Assembly: GCA_045114775.1 (NCBI GenBank)
Contig: JBGULC010000028.1
Location: forward strand, 20,483-84,482
Source of the DNA: Christensenellales bacterium
Lineage (GTDB): Bacteria; Bacillota; Clostridia; Christensenellales; CAG-138
Direction: 5' to 3'
Length of the DNA: 64,000 nucleotides
Under the pieces are notes generated by a model. It searched no databases, was not told the DNA's origin, and was given only the letters and a program-made list of their open reading frames with translations. The translations under genes were made by a program, and so were the position numbers. Positions 59,170 to 64,000 of the stretch are shown here, one piece after another (position 1 is the stretch's first letter; every line of letters begins with the position of its first letter).

Positions 59170-59200
59170 AACAGCCTGCCGATCCCGGCAGGCTGTTATT
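59170..59200 (+). terminator. rho-independent terminator
   Basis: AACAGCCTGCC-GATCC-CGGCAGGCTGTT followed by ATTGTAT. Confidence 0.6.
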
Positions 59201-59409
59201 GTATGCGACACTCAGTTCCCGTCCTTTTCCATATACCGCGCGCGGCTGAACCGGTCGTTAAGATCGGCTGTGTTCTCCGCGTCGTCCCGCAACGTCTTTT
59301 CCGGACGCCCTTTGACCAGCAAGAAACCGATCACACCGAGTACTGCGATCACGCCGAAAAAGATGATCAATGCTGTTTGCGTTCCATTGCCTTTCGCATC
59401 GGAAAGCCG

Positions 59410-60090
59410 TCAATCCCCATCCCGGCGAAGCGCGTGCACCGTGTACTGTACGGTGTAACTGCCCAGACACCGGATCTTTCCGCGTGACAGACAGATCCAT
59501 CGTCCGCTGTTTTTCAGCTCGTTTACATACAGACAGTTCAGATAATAGATGCGCACCGGCTTCGTGCAGACGGTTTCCAGTAAGCCGACAAAAGCGCGGA
59601 AAACGGTTCGATCAAACGGATTGAACAGATAAACGGCGGTCGCATCCCGAAGCAGCTCACCCTGCTCAAGCACATTACCGCAGCATATCGTAACGTTCGG
59701 GCAGGACGCCGTGCGCTGCCTTGCCGTTTCTGCTGCATCCGTATCCAGTTCGATTCCGATCGCTCTGCCGCGGAACCCCTTTGCATACAGATATGTCAAT
59801 ACCCGACCGCCGCCGCAGCCAACGTCTATAAAGACGTCGTCCGGCTGCACCGGCACTTCCCGAAATATGCGCTTCAGGCAGCGGTAATCGGAGCTTAGTG
59901 TGGCATATGCACCCTGATCGGGATGCTTTGACGGAATTCTTTGATTGACTGCTATGCCGCCGAACCGCTTGTCGCTGCGCACCGCAAAAAAAGAGTATAA
60001 TCGCTGCGGCAGGAACGCGGTCCCTTTTTTCCAAATCTTCCGGAACTCTCCTTTCCGGATCAGCTGCATCAGCGTTTTTATGCGGCTCAT
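59410..60090 (-). CDS. class I SAM-dependent methyltransferase
   Basis: Motif I VFIDVGCGGGRVLTYL, with an acidic residue at GIELD. Confidence 0.75.
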   Translation of the reverse strand: MSRIKTLMQLIRKGEFRKIWKKGTAFLPQRLYSFFAVRSDKRFGGIAVNQRIPSKHPDQGAYATLSSDYRCLKRIFREVPVQPDDVFIDVGCGGGRVLTYLYAKGFRGRAIGIELDTDAAETARQRTASCPNVTICCGNVLEQGELLRDATAVYLFNPFDRTVFRAFVGLLETVCTKPVRIYYLNCLYVNELKNSGRWICLSRGKIRCLGSYTVQYTVHALRRDGD

Positions 60091-60124
60091 GCTCGTCTTC
60101 CGTCCTTTTCAGTGTGATAAGAAT

Positions 60125-60171
60125 CTGAATATAAGAATTCGGTTCCGCATGAACCTTCATGCAGAACCGAA
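60125..60171 (-). terminator. orphaned native terminator of the rubrerythrin gene
   Basis: Minus strand: TTCGGTTCTGCATGAA-GG-TTCATGCGGAACCGAA (16-bp stem, one G-U) followed by TTCTTATATTC. It begins 18 nt after the stop of the displaced rbr fragment. Confidence 0.55.
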
Positions 60172-60188
60172 CGATCCAATGCTGCTTC

Positions 60189-60254
60189 TTATTTGAAGTA
60201 TCTCTCCAGGAGACCCTTCAGCGCCTTGCCGTGTCTTGCCTCGTCGCGCGCCAT
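60189..60254 (-). pseudogene. displaced native 3' end of the rubrerythrin gene (attL-side repeat)
   Basis: The minus strand translates to [21 protein letters not shown], identical to the C-terminus of 63118..63663. Homology stops exactly at the Met codon (upstream reads ...RSNQ). Confidence 0.75.
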
Positions 60255-60446
60255 TTGATTGCTTCGCACTGCTTGCAATCAAGGGGGGATGCTTCAAAAC
60301 GCGAACAGCACAACAAAGGACTTCCTTGATATAAGTTTAGCACATCTCCAAACAAATGTCCACATCTCTTGGACAACTTATGTTCAAGAAATCTCATCTT
60401 TGTTACAATAAAAGCCACACTTTGGACAACAAAGGAGGTTTTTTCT

Positions 60447-61661
60447 ATGGCAAACAACAAAGATTCTGGCATTTTCAAGCTGGAAAATGGAAACTGGGGA
60501 TTTCGGTTCGTCATAACAGTAGATGGTAAAAAGATTAGCAGCCGAAAATCCACCGATGAGTTTGGAAACAAACTCAAAACTAAGAAGCAAGCAGTCAAGG
60601 CAAGGGAAAAGGCGATTGCAGAAGCGCGGATTGAGCGTGAGCGTCAGCACAAAATTTCCAGAAGGACAGTCGAAGAAGTCTATGACGAATACTGTGAAAA
60701 GGGACGCGCGGGGCGTGCCTACATGACGATCCGCAAACAGGATTGTATGTGGAGGAATCACATCAAGGCGTCCTTCGGCAAGCGCTTCATTGATGAAATC
60801 AACGTTGCTGAAATCAATGATTATCTTGCAGAAAAATACTACAAGGATGGGTATTCTTTCCGCTATACCGAAAGCTTCCTCAAAATGTTTTATCTGATCT
60901 TCGGGCAAGCGTATTCCAGGGACTATCTGGACGTGGACAGCTACAACAAGCTTTGCTTGAACAAGAACACAAAAATCCACATGCCGAAGCTGAAAGCCGA
61001 TGATGATACCGATATTGTGGCTTTCACACGCGAAGAAATGCGGATTCTAGATGCGTATTTCAAAGGCACCAATGCCGAAACCGCTTACCTCCTGGGAATG
61101 TATTGCGGCTTACGCATCAATGAGGCATTTGGGCTGAAATGGGATCATGTGGACTTAGAAGCTGGAACCATTCTGATTGATCGCCAACAACAGTATCAAG
61201 ACAGCCTCATCAAGCTCGTTCCTGTGAAAACGCGCAACGGCAACCGCACAGTTTACCTGAGCGACAGAATGAAAGCGTACTTTCAAGAATTGGCGTCTCG
61301 ACGGGCGGATTTCGCGGTCAAGTACAAAGCAGTGCGCGAACAGAAGCAGCGTTTCATTGAGGATTTAGATGGCAAGAAGATTTCTTCCACTGAATTGGTG
61401 AATTGTCTCCCCGACGGTACGATCCAGACAGTGAACAGCATGAAGTACCCCACCAGGCACATCAAAGAAACGCTGGGGATTGATTTCAAGTATCACTATC
61501 TGCGCCACACCTTCGGAACGCGCATGGCAGAATTGAACACCCCTGAACACTTGTTATTGGCGCAAATGGGGCATGGCAATATTCATGTGACACAACTCTA
61601 TTATCTTGCGGTCACGAAAACAGGCGTGGATGTGCTGCAAGAGAATTTGAACAAGCTATAA
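60447..61661 (+). CDS. int: tyrosine-type site-specific integrase with an N-terminal AP2-like arm-binding domain
   Basis: N-terminus GIFKLENGNWGFRFVITVDGKKISSRKSTDEFGNKLKTKKQA. Box I GLRINEAFGLKWDHVD. HYLRHTFGTRMA. GHGNIHVTQLYY (Tyr nucleophile). Start ATG 60447 behind AAAGGAGG. Confidence 0.9.
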   Translation: MANNKDSGIFKLENGNWGFRFVITVDGKKISSRKSTDEFGNKLKTKKQAVKAREKAIAEARIERERQHKISRRTVEEVYDEYCEKGRAGRAYMTIRKQDCMWRNHIKASFGKRFIDEINVAEINDYLAEKYYKDGYSFRYTESFLKMFYLIFGQAYSRDYLDVDSYNKLCLNKNTKIHMPKLKADDDTDIVAFTREEMRILDAYFKGTNAETAYLLGMYCGLRINEAFGLKWDHVDLEAGTILIDRQQQYQDSLIKLVPVKTRNGNRTVYLSDRMKAYFQELASRRADFAVKYKAVREQKQRFIEDLDGKKISSTELVNCLPDGTIQTVNSMKYPTRHIKETLGIDFKYHYLRHTFGTRMAELNTPEHLLLAQMGHGNIHVTQLYYLAVTKTGVDVLQENLNKL

Positions 61662-61669
61662 TGCAGAAA

Positions 61670-61723
61670 CCCCCGAAAGGTTTTCCCTCCATCCTTTTTC
61701 TTATGTGGAAAACCTTTCGGGGG
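61670..61723. terminator. bidirectional terminator between convergent int and WYL genes
   Basis: Perfect 17-bp stem CCCCCGAAAGGTTTTCC (61670-61686) / GGAAAACCTTTCGGGGG (61707-61723). Confidence 0.7.
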
Positions 61724-61738
61724 ACGCGCGGCGCAAGG

Positions 61739-62575
61739 TCAATACATTTCTCGAATTCTATCCATGTACGCTGTAAAATCATCTACTACCGATTGCGGCG
61801 AAATAATCTTGGCACGTCTGCCGAAGCCCAGGAGCCATCCAAAGAATTGATCGCTGATTTCCACGTCTGTCCACAGAAGGAAATGGTTTTCATCGTCTTT
61901 GGTGTAATCTGTACCGCCACCAGTACCGAAACGCTCTATGACCGCATCCAGCAGCGGATTGATGAAGCGGATCGTGACGCGCTCATGCCGCCCTTCAAAC
62001 ATGGAGAAGGTGCGTTTGGTGAATTCTTTGATGTTTAGCGCGGCGTATTCATCTTTACCATCGCGCGGCTTATCGTCCAGAATATTCACTTCGCGCATAC
62101 GATCCACGCGGTATGTCCGCATTTGTTGGCTCTTGTCATCGAACGCCAACAGATAATAGTTTCCATCATTCATCAAAAGCTTGTAAGGGCTTACGATATA
62201 TTCTGCACCCTTGCGGCGATCCACTTGCTTCTTTACATCATTGATGGTGTATTTCTGGTATTTGAAGCTGATCTTCGATGGCTCGCGCTTGACCCCTCCA
62301 ACCTCTTTCTGCATTGCGCTGTTGATTGTGCTTACATTGTTGAAGGTGTATTTGTTATCAGTCTTGCGGCGATCCACCATCTCCACATCATGCCTGATTT
62401 CCTGAGCTTGATGTTCGCTGACAAAGCCGCAAAGCAAATCAACAAAGGTTTTCGCCTGTTTCTCTGTCAGGAATTTCGTGGCATAAATCGCCTCTGCCGC
62501 AAGCTTGATCTCATCTGGCTCATAGCGGTGTTCTTTCACATAAAAGCCCTTTTCTTGGCTGCATTGATGTAACAA
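61739..62575 (-). CDS. WYL-domain transcriptional regulator, N-terminally truncated or frameshifted
   Basis: WYL core GNYYLLAFDDKSQQMRTYRVDRMREVNIL. The ORF opens at a TTG with an in-frame stop 10 codons upstream. A 48-codon ORF (62536..62682) with its own RBS covers the missing N-terminus in another frame. Confidence 0.7.
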   Translation of the reverse strand: MLHQCSQEKGFYVKEHRYEPDEIKLAAEAIYATKFLTEKQAKTFVDLLCGFVSEHQAQEIRHDVEMVDRRKTDNKYTFNNVSTINSAMQKEVGGVKREPSKISFKYQKYTINDVKKQVDRRKGAEYIVSPYKLLMNDGNYYLLAFDDKSQQMRTYRVDRMREVNILDDKPRDGKDEYAALNIKEFTKRTFSMFEGRHERVTIRFINPLLDAVIERFGTGGGTDYTKDDENHFLLWTDVEISDQFFGWLLGFGRRAKIISPQSVVDDFTAYMDRIREMY

Positions 62576-63056
62576 GTATTCTGCTCGAAGGAGGCGATTA
62601 CTTTACTGGCAATTTCTTTAGCCTTGTTTGCGCTTCTGTTGCTGGTGAAACTGAGTTCCATTTTGTTATTGAAGATTTCCATTTTCTTTCCTTTCTCTGA
62701 GGGTTTGATTTTTTATTTCCCTCATCTCTTTTGTGATTACAGTATAACATGTGGGGGCAATGAACCTCTGATTATAATCGTACAGGTTCACGTTTTTGTA
62801 ATTTGTTTTTCTGAAAGTGTATCTTCAAAAGAATGAAACATATAAAATGATGTCTCTGTGGTGTAAAAAGCTGTTTAGTTTTGAATTTCTGATGTGCTTT
62901 TTTGCTTTAAGATGTTGCGTTTTTGTTCGATAAATGCTATGATTTTGCTTGCCAAAGTTTGGACAACTTTTCGATGGACAATTTTGAGGGATTTTGACTG
63001 GTTTCGAAAAGGGTATGGACAACTTTTGGACAATGTGTTTTCTTGTATCAAGGCGC

Positions 63057-63090
63057 AAAAAAGAGAGACAGCGCATCCGCTGTCCCTCTC
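63057..63090 (-). terminator. element-borne terminator now serving the rubrerythrin gene
   Basis: Minus strand: GAGAGGGACAGCG-GATG-CGCTGTCTCTC followed by TTTTTTG, 28 nt after the rbr stop. Confidence 0.6.
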
Positions 63091-63117
63091 AAAAATCCCT
63101 ATTTCAGGGTGTTTTGC

Positions 63118-63183
63118 TTATTTGAAATACCTCTCCAGAAGGCCCTTCAGCGCCTTGCCATGTCTTGCTTCGTCGCGCGCCAT
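63118..63183 (-). repeat. attR-side repeat, the element-supplied recoded 3' end of rbr
   Basis: It differs from 60189-60254 at six positions, all synonymous third-codon positions. Four of the six are A/T here, against two in the left copy. Confidence 0.8.
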
Positions 63184-63663
63184 CTCGTGGACGGTGTCGT
63201 GGATCGCGTCAAGACCGAGCTCCTTTGCACGCTTTGCGAGGTCCGTCTTGCCCGCGGTCGCGCCGTATTCGGCTTCCACGCGCATTTCGAGGTTCTTCTT
63301 GGTGCTGTCGGTCACGACTTCGCCGAGGAGCTCGGCAAACTTTGCCGCATGCTCGGCTTCTTCAAACGCGGCCTTTTCCCAATAGAGACCGATCTCCGGA
63401 TAGCCCTCGCGGTGCGCAACTCGCGCCATGGCAAGATACATGCCGACTTCGGTGCATTCGCCCTGGAAATTGGCGCGCAGATCGTTGAGGATATCCTCGC
63501 GGACGCCCTTCGCAACGCCGACGACGTGCTCCGCCGCCCAGACCATTTCTTCCTTCACCTCGTTGAACTTCGACGCGGGCTGCTTGCAGACCGGGCAGAA
63601 CTCCGGCGGAGTCGCGCCTTCATGAACGTAACCGCAAACGCTGCAAATCCACTTCTTGATCAT
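63118..63663 (-). CDS. rbr: rubrerythrin with an N-terminal rubredoxin-like domain (reverse rubrerythrin arrangement)
   Basis: [10 protein letters not shown]...FCPVCKQP (two CxxC motifs), then a ferritin-like diiron domain with EEAEH and DEARH ExxH motifs. Confidence 0.9.
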   Translation of the reverse strand: MIKKWICSVCGYVHEGATPPEFCPVCKQPASKFNEVKEEMVWAAEHVVGVAKGVREDILNDLRANFQGECTEVGMYLAMARVAHREGYPEIGLYWEKAAFEEAEHAAKFAELLGEVVTDSTKKNLEMRVEAEYGATAGKTDLAKRAKELGLDAIHDTVHEMARDEARHGKALKGLLERYFK

Positions 63664-63687
63664 GTGATAAAACCTCCGTTATTTGTT

Positions 63688-63707
63688 TTGTAAACCTGCA
63701 TTTACAA
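63688..63707. promoter_or_regulatory. perfect inverted repeat (candidate operator) in the rbr 5' UTR
   Basis: TTGTAAA-cctgca-TTTACAA, located between the predicted -10 and the RBS of rbr. Confidence 0.3.
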
Positions 63708-63713
63708 TATAGT

Positions 63714-63742
63714 ATTTTACCGTATTTTTCCCCCGCCGTCAA
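63714..63742 (-). promoter_or_regulatory. candidate rbr promoter
   Basis: Minus strand: TTGACG (63737-63742), 17 nt, TAAAAT (63714-63719). Confidence 0.5.
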
Positions 63743-63779
63743 TCGGGCAACGCAACTTTTCCGCGCTTGATTCCGTTTC

Positions 63780-63808
63780 TTGACAGTCTCCCGTTTGCGT
63801 GGTATCAT
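63780..63808 (+). promoter_or_regulatory. near-consensus promoter facing the tRNA-like fragment
   Basis: TTGACA (63780-63785), 17 nt, TGgTATCAT (-10 at 63803-63808). Confidence 0.5.
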
Positions 63809-63823
63809 ATCGATGTTTGCGAC

Positions 63824-63887
63824 GGGTCGGTATAGCTCGGTCGGATAGGCCATTCGCCTCCTAAGCGGGAGGCCGCGCGTTCGAAAT
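63824..63887 (+). pseudogene. tRNA-Arg(CCT)-like 5' fragment with no T-stem or acceptor 3' half
   Basis: GGGTCGGTATAGCTCGGTCGGATAGGCCATTCGCCTCCTAAGCGGGAGGCCGCGCGTTCGAAAT has a D-arm, an anticodon arm (loop CTCCTAA) and a GTTCGAAA T-loop. The following TTGCCGGCTACA cannot pair with GCGCG or with the acceptor 5' strand. Confidence 0.4.
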
Positions 63888-63961
63888 TGCCGGCTACAGA
63901 CAGAGACATTATGACCAGTATGGAAAACGGATCTATACCGAAACGTATCGAAGGAGAAAAC

Positions 63962-64000
63962 ATGGATTATTCCGGTTTGCAGAACGGCAGCGATATCCGC
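63962..64000 (+). CDS. 5' end of a CDS, possibly a phosphohexomutase (PGM/PMM family)
   Basis: AAGGAGAAAAC RBS followed by MDYSGLQNGSDIR. NGSDIRG recalls the N-terminus of clostridial phosphomannomutase/phosphoglucomutase, from memory. Only 13 codons are in the window. Confidence 0.3.
   Translation, partial: MDYSGLQNGSDIR

Larger units (their letters stand above)
60189..63183. mobile_element. ~2.9-kb integrative mini-element (integrase + WYL regulator) bounded by 66-nt imperfect direct repeats
   Basis: Direct repeats 60189-60254 and 63118-63183 (60/66 identical). The interior is visibly AT-richer than both flanks (my hand counts on a few 60-nt lines give ~40-50% versus ~60-67%). The integrase sits next to the left end, with reiterated TGGACAA sites near both ends. 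Confidence 0.7.

Noticed and set aside
59212-59370. A possible 52-codon membrane peptide (MIIFFGVIAVLGVIGFLLVKGRPEKTLRDDAENTADLNDRFSRARYMEKDGN) between the methyltransferase and the converging hydrolase gene.
   Set aside because: The only start in frame is a TTG with no convincing RBS, and an in-frame TGA lies just upstream. The TM-like segment could arise by chance in this composition. It might deserve a tblastn check, but I cannot support it as a feature.
62825-63076. An 83-aa minus-strand ORF in the element's non-coding arm, considered as an excisionase or small regulator.
   Set aside because: The sequence is very basic and low-complexity, with no RBS. It is built across the TGGACAA site cluster and the terminator hairpin. 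I saw no HTH or Xis-like pattern. The plus ORFs 62624..62836 and 62894..63385 look equally spurious.

Overview
This is a 64-kb, gene-dense chromosomal segment, mostly minus-strand, from a high-GC spore-forming Clostridia-type Firmicute. Evidence for that call: cotJABC, ylmC/ymxH, T-box leaders and strong GGAGG ribosome-binding sites. I cannot name the species.

Backbone genes: thrS (partial; missing from the ORF track because its stop lies outside the window) and ileS, each behind a T-box leader and flanking an OmpR-type two-component pair. Also an M29 aminopeptidase, PFOR (nifJ), lgt, nrdR, pgeF, a C69 dipeptidase, IMP dehydrogenase, and a tRNA-Gly/tRNA-Lys operon with a consensus promoter.

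Unusual content:
1. A ~2.9-kb AT-richer mini-element (tyrosine integrase plus a broken WYL regulator) sits in the 3' end of a rubredoxin-first rubrerythrin gene. It supplies a synonymously recoded replacement C-terminus and its own terminator. The displaced native 3' end and terminator survive 2.9 kb away.
2. A STAS / PP2C-HATPase partner-switching pair with no sigma factor in the window lies directly upstream of a GAF-fused MacB-type ABC ATPase and an 1142-aa FtsX permease with a long coiled-coil insert.
3. A LytS-type kinase is paired with a SARP-like response regulator. Next to them, 11-bp-phased direct repeats replace the -35 of a cluster of three unknown membrane-protein genes.
4. Two tandem paralogs encode a cohesin-like domain plus 4-5 Ig (I-set-like) repeats. 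They are followed by two PrsA-like foldase paralogs and a 30-codon coupled ORF.
5. Two YARHG-domain membrane paralogs flank a zinc-ribbon protein.
6. An MBOAT-DHHW-SGNH O-acyltransferase operon also carries an RCC1-repeat protein.
7. A promoter-driven, decayed tRNA-Arg-like fragment sits near the window end.

Many ORF-track starts are TTG/GTG codons that overlap the true RBS. I moved those starts to the ATG/GTG behind the RBS. The long ORFs antisense to real genes are high-GC artefacts. I saw no CRISPR array or rRNA.
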